A DNA stretch of 63,286 nt, filler included, from Kipferlia bialata (taxonomy: Eukaryota), in NCBI GenBank assembly GCA_003568945.1. It is 5 parts of 5 records of this genome, joined end to end, with 100 filler letters (N's around TTAATTAATTAA, not from the genome) between each part and the next. Parts side by side here need not be neighbours in the genome. Positions count along the whole stretch, not along the records: positions 15,965 to 31,826 come from BDIP01000660.1; 4 more parts are not named here. The stretch is one strand, 5' to 3'. This document shows positions 16,678 through 28,760 of this stretch, piece by piece. The notes under the pieces are model-generated. The model was not told where the DNA came from. It did not search any database and saw nothing but the letters and a program-made list of their open reading frames with translations. The position numbers and the translations under genes are program-made. Numbering within the stretch: position 1 is the first letter of the stretch; the number at the start of each line of letters is the position of its first letter.

Positions 16678-17753
16678 TCAGTCACTGGTATGGGGAAGTG
16701 GGGGAGGGGGAGGGATCCCGTCGGTCACCACGTCTCTCCCTCTGTTCTTCCCTCTCTCCTTCCCTCTCTCCTTCATGTGCAGGATGTACTTCCTCTTGCC
16801 ATACGTCACAAACCACAGGGGCAGCCGCACCTCACCGATCTCCACCCCGTGGTGTCTGGTGTGGACTCTGGGGACCTGTTGTGAGAGGTAGGAAGGGCCA
16901 CCAGTGCACTATATAGCCACTATGCAAGGAGTATACATATACCCCTGTCCCACCTTGGCCCAGTTGAGCATGGCCGCTATGGTCTTGTATCGAGGCTGTT
17001 CATAGTACGAGGCAGGGTGTCTCCCCCTGCCCCTAGACCCAGTCACAACCACAGACTCTCCCTCTCCCTCTCCAATGGAGTCACTGTTGCGCCCCTTTGT
17101 CTTAGCTGCCTCTCTCTTCCTCTCTGCTGCCACATCTGTCCAGAAGGTGGGTCTCAATGGGAACAGGAACTTGGCGGAGGCCAGCGACGTCACCCTGGGT
17201 CTGTCAAGTCTGTCTGCGGTGGCAAGGACCCTGGGGGTCAGGAGGTAACATAGGTATACACAAACTGTAAACACTCCACACCACACCACTCATACCACCC
17301 ACCTGGCAACCTGGCTGGTGCGCATGTCAGTGTTGCGCGTGAACTTGGGTGTGAATGAGGTTGAGTGCAGGCAGATGGCAGCCTCGACCTCCTTGTCACG
17401 GGTGGCATCGGGCAGGGCACACACACCGCGGGGTCTGGCCCAGGCGGCAAAGTACGGGTAGACGGTGGCTGCCCTCTGGCCGTGGTTCCTCTCGACATCA
17501 TCGTGTACCCTGGCACTGTCGTGGAAGGCAGCAGCCGTCAGGGCACACCGCACTGAGGCATCATCACTGAGACCGGCCAGGTCGAGGAGGACTAGGGAGT
17601 ACACACCGACACGGATGCTGTGCTCAATACCATGCACAGTGGATCTGTAGTGAGGGGGAGGGTTGCTACATATCATGAGAGAAAGACCGATACAGAATAT
17701 ATGCACGTGTATATATCGATCTCACAACTCACAACAATAACTATATATGAGTC

Positions 17754-17796
<43 letters not shown>

Positions 17797-18814
17797 AAAG
17801 GGGGGGGGGGGGGGGGGGGGGGGGGGGTGACCCACTGTATGCCCCAGACCCACTGGATAGTACACATCCAAACACGTACTCTGGGGGGCCTTGTACTCCA
17901 GTGGAAGCACACCGGAGAAGTACAGGCACGTACTCTGTGTGAAGATACCAGCAGAGTGGGTGGTGTGAGTGGTGTGGCATGTGGAAGTAGAGGAGACACA
18001 AGAGCCAGTCTCTCTCTCTCCCTCATCTGGATTCAGACATGCAGTAACCGCTTCACCTCCAGCCTCTGCCCCAGAGTGATAATGGGTAGCTGACATTGGT
18101 GTGGCTTCAGCTACTACCAAGTGAGACCCAGTTACAGAGGTGAGTGCCATGCCCCATCCCTCGGCACTGTGCACACTGTCATGAGTAGGACACTAGCAAG
18201 GGAGAGCAAATGGGTAATAGTATGACAGACATCAGTCAGTGTATGACATGGGAGTGTGTGTGAATGAGAGACTCCACCGGGTGTTTAGACACATAGGTAG
18301 AGAGAGAGGGGGAGGGGGGGGGGAGACCAAAAGCAGAGAGAAGACCAGCAGTTTTAGAAGCAGTGAGTGATCCAGATGGATGGGTGTATACATATTGTAG
18401 ATAAAATGAAGTGAAGTGAACACTACACATCAACATATATGTGTATACACATACCTCAACTCTGAGCCACCCAACACATAGGTACATGTGGCGTCCTTGA
18501 GGTGGAGATAGGTGGATGAGAACTGAGAGACTATGCCTGGTTTGAGTGGTAGATAGACCGCTGGGGGGGGGGGATGACAGATATACAGTATGCAGGCAGA
18601 GAAAGTGGAACTGCCTGAGATGCATTGTGACATACTGATACCACAGGAGAACATATACACACTTCTATATACGTGGATCTACATATATATCCCTTACCCT
18701 TCACCGAGCACTGTTCGGGCATGGATGTGTACACAGGCACTCCATCAAGAGCACAGCCAGGGACAAGGTCGACATGGTACACATGCCCTAAGAACTGCGA
18801 GTAGTCGGTCATCT
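16678..18814 (-). CDS. HD-domain metal-dependent phosphohydrolase (multi-exon; 5' exons uncertain)
   Basis: HGIEHSIRV...AAAFHDSARVHDDVERNHGQRAA...AICLH...LATADRLDRPRV provides the H, HD and D metal ligands. The last exon ends PPPLPHTSD* at 16678. Confidence 0.75.
17756..17827. repeat. Intronic poly-G tract (poly-C on the sense strand)
   Basis: About 70 nt of G interrupted by aaaa. Confidence 0.9.
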
Positions 18815-19334
18815 CTGACCCAAGCACAGGCTGGTTAAAAGAGGAGCAGGGAGAGCTGAGAGATGATGATCTTGGAAAGAAGGGTCCAAAAACGGATACC
18901 AACACCCACTTACACGACGAAATGACAGGCCACCTTACCTGGTTAAATACCAGAGCAAAGGCATCGAGACCCAAACAATTTCATGTCACAGCAATCCCTT
19001 GGTCTGAGTAGAGAGCTCAAGATTGCTGACAAGAGGTCTGTTGTTTGTATCACACAAGGAGGCCCTTAGGAGGGTCTACGTAGTGACCTCATATTTCTCC
19101 ATTTGCACATCTGTACCTGACCAAACTGGAGCTGGACTCTCCCACTCTCCCACTCTCTCACTCACTGCTCTCATCATACTTTCGTTTCTTGATTATCATA
19201 TGCAACAGTCACAGGAAAGAGGTTCTTGACCCCTTAGAATTGCGTTCACTTTCGCGCAACAAAAACTTGATCATCGTGTGGAAATTGGCAGAAAGAGCAC
19301 GAAACGCCGAGTTGGGGACTTCTTCAACAACGAC

Positions 19335-22088
19335 ATGCTACGCGGTGGGTTATTGAGTCTCATGTGCTGTGTGCGTGGGTGACTTAAGTGAATTTGGCCT
19401 TAGGAGAGAGTGTGCGCGGATCTGGTTCTTATATCGGGAAGAGTTCGTCTTTTCCGTATTTCAACTCTTGACAAGTGACTCTATTGCATCACCAAGGCGG
19501 CCTTTCAACTCTTTTCTCACCTCAGTGTGTATTGTTGCCCTTCTTGTGTCGTTTGCCTTGTGCGCAGACTACACTTACAATGATGAGTACTCAGGCACCA
19601 TCACCAACATTGGATACAACAACAACCAGTACGTGGCATTCCTTCTTCACAATAATGGACAGTCTCACGTACATGACATGTGAGTTCTACATGTTTCTTC
19701 ATCCGCAGCTTCTAACCCTTAGGTCCGACAACTACATTGTGAACGTTCCCTACGCTGCTTCGGCCACTGTCAAGTGCACTGGCGAGGTTGAGGGTGTGCT
19801 GGGAGACGATGAGGTGGGTTATTGAGCTACTACCAGTATTTGTGGATTTACTGTTCATACTCAGGCTCCCTTGCTTCTCTTACCTCAGGTTTGGCTGGTT
19901 AGGGCCTTTTGCGACGAGAACAACGTCACCTCCAACCATGATATCCTTGAGAAGGAGTCCGGTTCCATATCCATCGATGAGGTACTTCTCTCCCCCCTCC
20001 AGACTCAAACTCCATTCAAGTCGGATATGTGACTCGGTATTCACATAATACACACTTACATATCCCTGCACTTGTCCCTTTGTCCATCCTGTCCCACTCA
20101 CTCCCAGTCCTTTGCCTACGACGACACCCACAACTGCTTCTTTGTCGACTTCCACACTGATTCGTCTGAGACCGACTACCCTGGCTTCTCCTGTGAGTAC
20201 GTCGTCACCCGTGAGGCCGTCACCTACCCCGCCCTAACTGCTGCCTCGGGCTCCTTCGGCAACGACGTATACGTCGACAACCAGTACGTTCACCTCATAG
20301 TACTATGGAGCCTCTATACACATATAGTTGTGTTCCCTTTACTCCAGGCACGATACTTTCATTATCCACCCCGCCTCCATTGCCTCTGTCTCCGCCCGCT
20401 TCACTGGTGCCACTGAGCCTGTCAATGACACAATCAAGGTGAAGGATACAGGTGCACCTATAGATCCTACCTTTTATGGTGTCTCACCTCAGCTTGTGAA
20501 GGCACAGTGCAACGCCGACCACGAGATTGTACAGTTGCTGTCCGGCTACTCATGATGTGACACAATCTCCGGTCCCAATCTGGCTGTTACACAAGATCAG
20601 AGCTACACCCAGACCAATGGGGTGACTACGAGCTTTGGGGTAAGTAACAGCATTATACTCCCTTTATCTTGTGACACACAGACTCAGTCATGTATTTATC
20701 AGAACGTGTGATACACTGCCTCATCTATAGCCCACGTTTCACACCAGGAGCTTCAGTTCTCAGGGGTCGAGAACTGTTTCGTTGTTCAGTTCGATACCAA
20801 CGAGAGCGACCACGACTACCCAGGCTTCACCTGCAACTACACCACCACCGGCCTCACCTGCCCCTCTGGCGAGTACCTCAACGCCACCGGATACTGTGAG
20901 TCCTGCCCCTCCGGCAAGGTCTGCACCGGCGACAACACCTTCGAGGACTGCAGTGAGGACATGATCCCCAACGACACCCAGACACAGTGTATCTGGCGTA
21001 CCCCCGACAAGACCACCGTGCTCACTGACCTCACCGGCACCTTCAGCCCTGAGACCTACTATAACGACCAGTACGTTTCTTTAACCTGCTAACTACTTAT
21101 AGATATGCATATGTGCTTCACCCTCACTCAACCTAGGTACGAGATGTTCCTAGTGCACCCCCTGAACATGAGCTCCGTCTCGATTACATGCACTGGAGTG
21201 ACTGAACCAGACGCCGACCGGGTCAAGGTATCAGAAATGGTCATTAGTCTTCTGCACACTATGATTGTCTGGGATTCCAGCTACGGTCTTCTAGTGCAGG
21301 CATCATGTCTCTCATGACAGGCGTCATATGCCCTTTCATCCGGCTCTGAGGTGTCAAGCATGACCACTCCCTTTGTCAGCGCATCTGGCGCTGTTAACTT
21401 CACAGCGGTGAGTGTGCTTGGGTGTTAGGAGACTATCACATATGTATTACAATAGCGCTGACCCCAGGAACTCCCGTCTTTCCCTCCTGTTGGCAGTGTC
21501 ATCTATGAGAACTCTATAGCAGTGACCTTCACAACCGACGCTGACGGAGACAACTACGAGGGCTTCTCCTGTGACTACACTGCTACCTGTGCTGTCGGCC
21601 AGTACTATCTCTCCGGCGAGTGCCGTGCATGTCCCACTGGTGAGATATGCCCAGGCAACAGCGAGAGCTACGAGTGTCCCTCTCACCAGGCTGCCAACCC
21701 CACCCAGACCGAGTGCGTCGACGTCCTGTGCTATGGCCGTGATTACGCCACCAACCACGAGTGTGTCGAGTGCCCTACCGGGACCATCCCCAGCAACGAC
21801 CGACTAGAGTGTGACGACATCCTCTGCCTGTCCGATTGGTACCTGGAGGGCAACGAGTGTGCCGAGTGCGAAGGTGGGCTACTTCCTTTCTGGACCACCG
21901 TCCCCAACGCCGACGAGTCCGGCTGTGTAGAGCCTATGACAACATGGCTTGTCCTGGGTGGTGGCGCTGCTGTCGTTGTTGCACTTCTCTGTGTGTGCTG
22001 CTGCTGCTGCTGCAAGGACAAGAAGGCCCCTGTCTCTCTGCCCACCCAGCACACCTCACCCCTGCAGTACGTCAGGCACACCCAGTAG
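19335..22088 (+). CDS. Type I membrane protein: signal peptide, 3 CUB-like domains, CxxC Cys-rich repeats, TM and Cys cluster
   Basis: Signal peptide MLRVCIVALLVSFALCA. Three repeats end in FxTD...Y(P/E)GF(S/T)CxY. CxxCP repeats follow. TM is WLVLGGGAAVVVALL, followed by CVCCCCCCKDKK. Confidence 0.85.
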
Positions 22089-22648
22089 TGTGTATCTGTG
22101 TACAATAGAGTGTATGTCATGTTGTCGTTAGCTAGCTGGTGTTCTGAGTTTCCGTGTGAGTACTTTCGACTATTGTACACTCCTAACGACAGTAAGTTGC
22201 CTACTGATGCTGTGAGACACTTCATTTGACATCACTTTCCAACTCTTATAACGTTTGGTGATGTAAGTGAGCCTGACCATAAACACACAGCTTTGTATAT
22301 ATTTGGATATCCCATATGGCTGGTACCAGCAGTCGTAGAATCCGAGAGCAAGGACTCTACACGCAATCTGCAAGTACCTACGTTTCTACTCCGGTGTGAA
22401 GTCATTCACGTCTACCTCCTTAAAGAAGCCAAAGACTCTGGTAGTCTCCTTAGAGGGCCGTCCGTCCCCTTCCTCCTTCCACCCCTCTATGCCATCAGTG
22501 TGGGTGACCTCTAGATATGTGTCACGGTAGGTCTACAGTACCTTGTCACCCAGCATACGGTACACAACATCTCCTCATAAAACTGTGTACAGTGTTCAGT
22601 GGTATTGTGGCCTGTCCATATCGGCTGTCTCTTCACAACTGAGCCGGT

Positions 22649-25174
22649 ATGTCCACCCCAGACACACCTGTTGCAGTGGTGGGAGGAGGCATTGCCGGAC
22701 TGAGTGCCGCCATCACACTGGCTGCCAAGGGTCACTCAGTGCTAGTGCTTGAAGCACACAGTCAGCTTGGGGGACTGTGTGCATTCTGGGAGAGAGCAGG
22801 GTACACCATCGATGGCTGTGTGCACTGGATGACGGGTATGTACAGGGAGGGGTCAATGGGGGGGAGGTGAGTCTTATGGGTTAGATGATGGTGTGTATCG
22901 TTACATCTTGAGACACGTATTGATACAGCGATCTCGCTTCCATCGACACAATAACAAGTGTCCACATGGAGTAGTTAAATATCGTTTACCCACAATAGGT
23001 TCTTCGATCTGTGGCAGTCCCTAGGAGTACCCACAGAACAGGTACAGTCTCTACTGCATACCGTCTACAGTGGCCATGAAATGTTCCGTGTGATGTGGTT
23101 TTGAGCTACCTAGTATATACGTGACATTCATGTCATAAGTGGCAATTCCACACTCACACAGAGGTATAGTTACACACCTCTAGGCCAGCTACCTATATAT
23201 ATCCAAGCCAGACCACTCACCCTAGGCCGAGATGGCAGACTTCACCGTCTTCTCCCCTGCTGACTACCCAACCCATGAGGAAGTGTTCTTTGGTAGAGAC
23301 TACAAGGCCACAAGAGACACACTCAAGGTACACACATCAAACGATGACCACAGCGCAATACTAACTCTCCTCAAGCAAATAGTTTGATACCGATCCAGCA
23401 TACTATCTTTGACCCTAGGAGCAGTTTCCCGCCGACTGTGAGCTCCTAGATGAGTACTTTGACATGGCCGATGTGATGCATGACATACCCCTACCGGCAC
23501 AGGGGGTTGGTATCCTCAGGTACATACTCACATTGTGGAAGTTGCATTCTATCTTTCGGTCCACTTATATCAATACGCACTGTTTTACTGAAGGGATGAT
23601 CAGCACTTCACCACAGGTACCTCTTCCAAGTGGGCATTAAGGACGTAGTCCGTGTTTTGAAGGTCATGTCCGGAGGAGAGAGGCTGCGGGACTTTGTCAA
23701 GAGAGTCAACAATCCCAGGTAGGAGATACATACTGATAGTGTTACGTCACCACAGTTAGATTGATCATTGTGCGAGAAGTACTTCTTTGCAATGTACCTC
23801 ACTAAACCTCCAACGACTTGAAATTTGCCTAAGGATCTTCCAGTCTGTGATGGAAGGAACATTATATGATAGAGTTCTCGGTCTTAGTGTCCTTTCATAT
23901 CAGACTAGGCACCATCCTGGGCTCCCTCTATGCACGCAACAGCGCTACATACTTTGTGCCCCTCACTCTTGGTGGGCTTGACGATGGGTCCTTCTCTGCA
24001 TTCCCCCCAGGTGAGTGGCCAAACAAGCACTACAAGCCTACAGTGATATGGCAGTCTCTCACAGCAGGAGCAAAGGGGCTGGTGGAGGCAATGATGACAA
24101 GGGCTGCTTCTCTGAATGTACAGGTGGGTCGCTGCTACCTAACAGTGTAGGGAGATACATAAGCATCTAACTACAGATCAGGACGGGCGCCGCAGTCGAG
24201 GGTATGGCCATCACCAAGAAGCGCATTGACTCTCTCTCAGTGCGTATCAAGGGTGCAGGGCATGGCGAAGAGGGTACCCTGACAGACGTCCCTGTTTCTG
24301 GTGTGATGTGGTGTGCCCCTCTCCCAGACCTTCTCTCCTCTCTATCAGCCTGTGGAGTCAATGCACCAAGAGCACTTGTTAGGTGTGCCACTCCAGTGGA
24401 CCCTGAGTCTTGCATCTGTGTGTACATCTGCCTACAGAGTGGGGTCCAGAGACTAGAGAGAGCCTTCCCAGGGATATCCACCCTGGTGGGTGGCTATGTC
24501 ACAGACGCCAGCCCTGACCTCCCAACCAGTCTAGGGGAGGGTGTGGAGGTGACCTCTCTAGGGGGTGCCAGCATCACCTGCCACCGAGGCCCAACCGTGG
24601 TACCAGAGGCTGGTGCTGAGGATGGAGGTGTAGTGGAGGTGATCCTGGGTGCTGACCCTGCTCCCTTCATGGGTATCGCTGGCCTAGCAGAGGGTGTTGG
24701 TGTGGGAGATGTGGGCACAGTCACACAGGAAGAGTACAATGCATACAAGCAGGCAGTGGGGGAGGCAGTGACACAGTGGCTGATGGAGCATATTGAGATC
24801 AAGACAACAGCAAGACATGGGGAGGGAAGTGGGGAAGCAGAGGGGCTTTCTCCTGTCAGTATTGCCTACACTGATGTGGTCACCCCTTACACCTATGCCC
24901 ATATCTGTAGGTGCACCCAGGGCATGTGCATCGGGAACATGGGACAAGACAATAAGGTGGAACAATACACAATATAGTACCTCGTCGAACTCTCTACTCT
25001 TACACCCAGCAAGGCAGCGTGAAACATGGGGTGAGGGGCGTGCGCAACTTAGCTGTTGGCAGCACCTGGACTACGTCTACTGGGGGCCTACCCGTCGCAG
25101 CAGAGCAGGGAGCAGTAGGCGCCCAGTATCTGCACAAGAAGTGGGGCAAGAAGAAGTTAAGAGAGGCAGAGTAA
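22649..25174 (+). CDS. Phytoene desaturase (CrtI)-like FAD-dependent oxidoreductase
   Basis: VVGGGIAGLSAA...VLEAHSQLGGLCAFWERAGYTIDGCVHWMTG at the N-terminus. DVVTPYTY and NLAVGSTWTTSTGGLPVA at the C-terminus. Spliced GT-AG. Confidence 0.85.
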
Positions 25175-25654
25175 TGATACCCGGCCTGAATACTGCTGGT
25201 TAGAGTCGAGTACTATGCACTTTATGAGACATCGTCAATAGTAGGAGAATAATATAGCTAACAATGCGCTTGGTTGTACTATTGGTAGATGCGATGTTCA
25301 TTCTCAGATGGCCGTTTCGCCATCAGATGATAGTCACCAAACGAGTCCTATACCTATACTACTTGCAGTGACAGAAAGTGACTGCAGCCATAATGGGCCA
25401 TTATGATAATGGCGTCGCCGGATTCTAAGATCACAAAAAAAACGTCAAACTGTAATGATAGTCACCAGACGCTCAATGAGACGCTGACTTACAGAGGAAT
25501 AGAAGACATACCTCAGGTTCTTCGACATAAACATGAATGACAGTTCTTCCGTATATACAATATGGTGTCTATTACTGGTTCACTGATAGGTGTAGACTGA
25601 GCCCCACATATACACTCCTCGTTCTCAGCCATAGATGGAGCGCCTCGTGACAGT

Positions 25655-28558
25655 CTAACCATGTCTGCGCTTCTTTCCCTTCCTCTTCTTCTGTGTCTGC
25701 CAACCACCACCCAGCACTGTGTCTCTGCTGGAGGTCACGCTGGCCCTCAGGATCTCTCCTGGCACATCATCCATACTCCCTGTAGTCTTTGTCTTGGTGG
25801 CATCAAGGCCTAAAACACCTGTGGCAGAGAGGGCGGTAGCCACCTGGGGGAACTGGACATACTGCTCCAGCTCCTTGCAGGTCCGGCTCCTCTCCTCCCG
25901 ATCTCTCTGCAGAGACCCCAGTCGCTTCTGGAGTCTGGCAAGCTCATTGGCGACAGACACCTTCTGTGGCCTACTGAGGGTAGGGTCGGTGGCCTTGACC
26001 TGCTGTAGCTGGACGTGGTATAACGCCAGGGCCACATCTTTCTCTGTGACAGACGGCATGGCGTTGTACCTCTTGAGGATCTTGAGTGCCTTGTCCTGAC
26101 TGGGTGCCAGGTCAGACAGGGTGGCGTGGAGAGCCCTGGCTGCAGTGTCTACTCTCTGGCACTCATTAGTGTCAGGTACTGCCACAGTCTCCATGCCTGC
26201 CAGTGCAGACTCTATGTCACCTTGGAGCTCTATGAGGGGGCCCACAGTGTGGTAGACAGAGCGTAGATCGGAGTTGTACCCCTCAGCCAAAAAGTAGCTC
26301 CTCTTGTCCCCTAATGACAGGCCTGTTGTGCTGCCGGGCATCTGCACGGGGTGCATCCTGTCTATGTCTGACAGCAGGGTGGTCACAAGTCGGAGGGCAG
26401 AGACACTCTCAACAGGGTCGTCCTCTCTAGACTCCACCTCCTGCAGGAAGGGCCTGAACTGCTCCAGCAGGTCTGAGAGGGTGCGTCTCAGCTCAGAGCA
26501 CCTCTCACCCACAACCTGGCAATGAGTGTGAGTATACTACTGAGAGTGCCTACTAGTGACATACCTTCTCCACAGGATGCTCAGTCAAGAATCGCTGCAG
26601 GCTGCTGAGTGCTGGGCATAGGTCCCTAGCCATGTCTTGGTGCTTCTGGAGGACACTGATGTGGAATGGGACCCTGTCAGTCTCACACTCCTTGGCCCTC
26701 TCAATCAGCCTAGTCACCGTGTCACACTGTGCCTGCGAGAGTAAGGCCAGACTCTGCTCCTGCTGAGTGGCCGCGGCACTATGACTGGCAAGTGTCTCTG
26801 TCAGTGACTGTACCTGGGTCTCCAGGGAGTCAATGCGTGACTCCATGACCTCCACCAGTGCCGCCACAGCCCCAAGTTGAGATACCACCTCTCTGCTGTC
26901 TCCCTCTAGCCCTCGCAGTCTGTGGCTGTGGGACACAATGTGCTTCTTGGCAATCAGCAGGGTGCGTGACAGTGAGGAGGACTGGGACTCGAGAGAGTCA
27001 AATGGGTGGGTCTGTGTGCGAGGGAGAGTATCACTGGATGAGACGGAGGTCAAGAGAGATTCAATCTTCTGGTCTCGCATTGCCTGCCTGTGGAGGTCTC
27101 TTGTCCTCTCTTTATCCCTCTGTGTGGCCTTAAGGACTGCCTTCTCCATCCTCTGCTTGTCATACTGCCTACTGAGGACCTCCCAGGTGGACCGTGTAGA
27201 GTGGGACCTGTCATCAATCGCAGCACACAAGACCCTCCCCTGACTGTGGACTAGTACTCTGTCTCCTATGCGGCATGTGTTGCAGACAGTCACACCGAGG
27301 GGCATGGTCTCCCCAAGTGCCCACTTCCTGGTCTCCGTGTGGTATGTGTGTGTCTGGCCAGCGTGCCCCACCCCTCCAAAGAGTATAATGTCCCCTTGGT
27401 TCTCGATGGCACATGCATGGTGGGTGGAGAAGGGCAGGGGGGACTCAATCACCCACCCTCCCTCCTCGCTGAAGGAGAGATGGGCGGTGGGGTCTGTCTC
27501 CCCACCTAGCAGGTGGCAACGGCCATCCACTACGACAAAGGCCGCACCATATATGGGGACGGGACAGTCTCTCTCTCTGTGCCACCTGCCACTGCCTATA
27601 GAGAACGACCAGCAGTCCTGGAGCCCTGTCTCCCCCTCCCTTCTTCCACCCACTATGTACAGCCTACCACCTAGGTTGAATGCTGAGTGCATGGTACGTG
27701 CCTTAGGTCTCGTCGCCTTACTCACAACCCCTCTCACTGTCTGGTGCCATCTGAGGTTTAAGGAGGAGAAGGTAGCGGAGAATGTAGCGGAGTGAACGGA
27801 CATCACTGTAGACAGTAGTACTTGTCAACATTACTTGTCACACTTCAGTATCTCAAGTCACAGTAGTTGTACAGTGATATGAGTTGTCGTCAGTGACAAC
27901 ATAGTCACTGTATAGGGAATTGCTTGTCACTGTACACATAGTAGTATGTCACTGTAGACATCGATTGACTATTCGTGACTGCAGAGAGATAGGAAAGGAG
28001 TGGGATAGTGACGTAGTGTGCATCTGCTGATACCTGTGAGTATCCACGGAGCATCCGTAGAGGGAACGGGAGTATGAGGGAGAGAGAGATGGGTCTGTAG
28101 GGTCTGATGGAGCGATGTGCCCTCCGAACACCAGCACACTGTCCCCCACTCTAGTGGCTGACAGGCCCTGTGTTCTGGGGTCTACGGGGCACTGGATGGG
28201 GGTGGAGGAGTAGGTGCGGCGCTTGGGGTCATAGGACACAACAAGGCAGTGGGATGTAGTGTTGTCGGGGTTCTCCTCTGCCCTCTCGTTCTGGCCAATG
28301 ATCATGGCGGAGGGGTGACGGCCTGAGGTCAGGGTGGCATGTCACATATGGTATGACAGAGAGTAGAGATTGTCACGTGATCAACATATCTCACACGGTC
28401 TCTAAGTAATGCATATAGCTACCTGACTCCCTCCCCCCCTGTCCCTCCCCCTGTGACATGTCGGCTAGCCCTGCCCACCCTACTGACCCATGGGCTATGT
28501 CGGTCACAGTGTAGTCAATGCGGGGCACTGATCTCTGGGGCTTGCCAAGCTCAGGCAT
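25655..28558 (-). CDS. Kelch-repeat beta-propeller plus coiled-coil protein
   Basis: Kelch motifs VLVFGG, LYIVGG, CHLLGG, IILFGG with W-containing blades, followed by long heptad-rich helical regions. Exon phases agree from ATG 28558. Confidence 0.8.
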
Positions 28559-28760
28559 ATGATGCGGCAGTGGTGGAGGATGGTGAAGGGAGTTGTGGGA
28601 GTGTTACACACTGATCGGTGTGGAAAGGAGACAAACTCCCTTGAACCCTTTTTGGACATGAAACTTAGGTAGTAGGCTCTACAGCCTGTAGGGTACATGT
28701 ATTCTTCACCATTCTGAAAGGTAGACACATTCAAATTTCATTTAATACCATCTCTGAGAG

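Noticed and set aside
17620..18174. Poly-Pro and poly-Gly ORFs, and the many YIYI/CVCV-rich ORFs in contigs 3-4
   Set aside because: They are translations of homopolymer and microsatellite intron sequence.
20553..20555. Apparent in-frame TGA (SGYS*CDT) in the CUB-like gene, suggesting selenocysteine or readthrough
   Set aside because: It falls in a removable ~60-70 nt GT-AG intron (donor near 20529-20533, acceptor near 20595-20600). TGA is a normal stop in other genes here.
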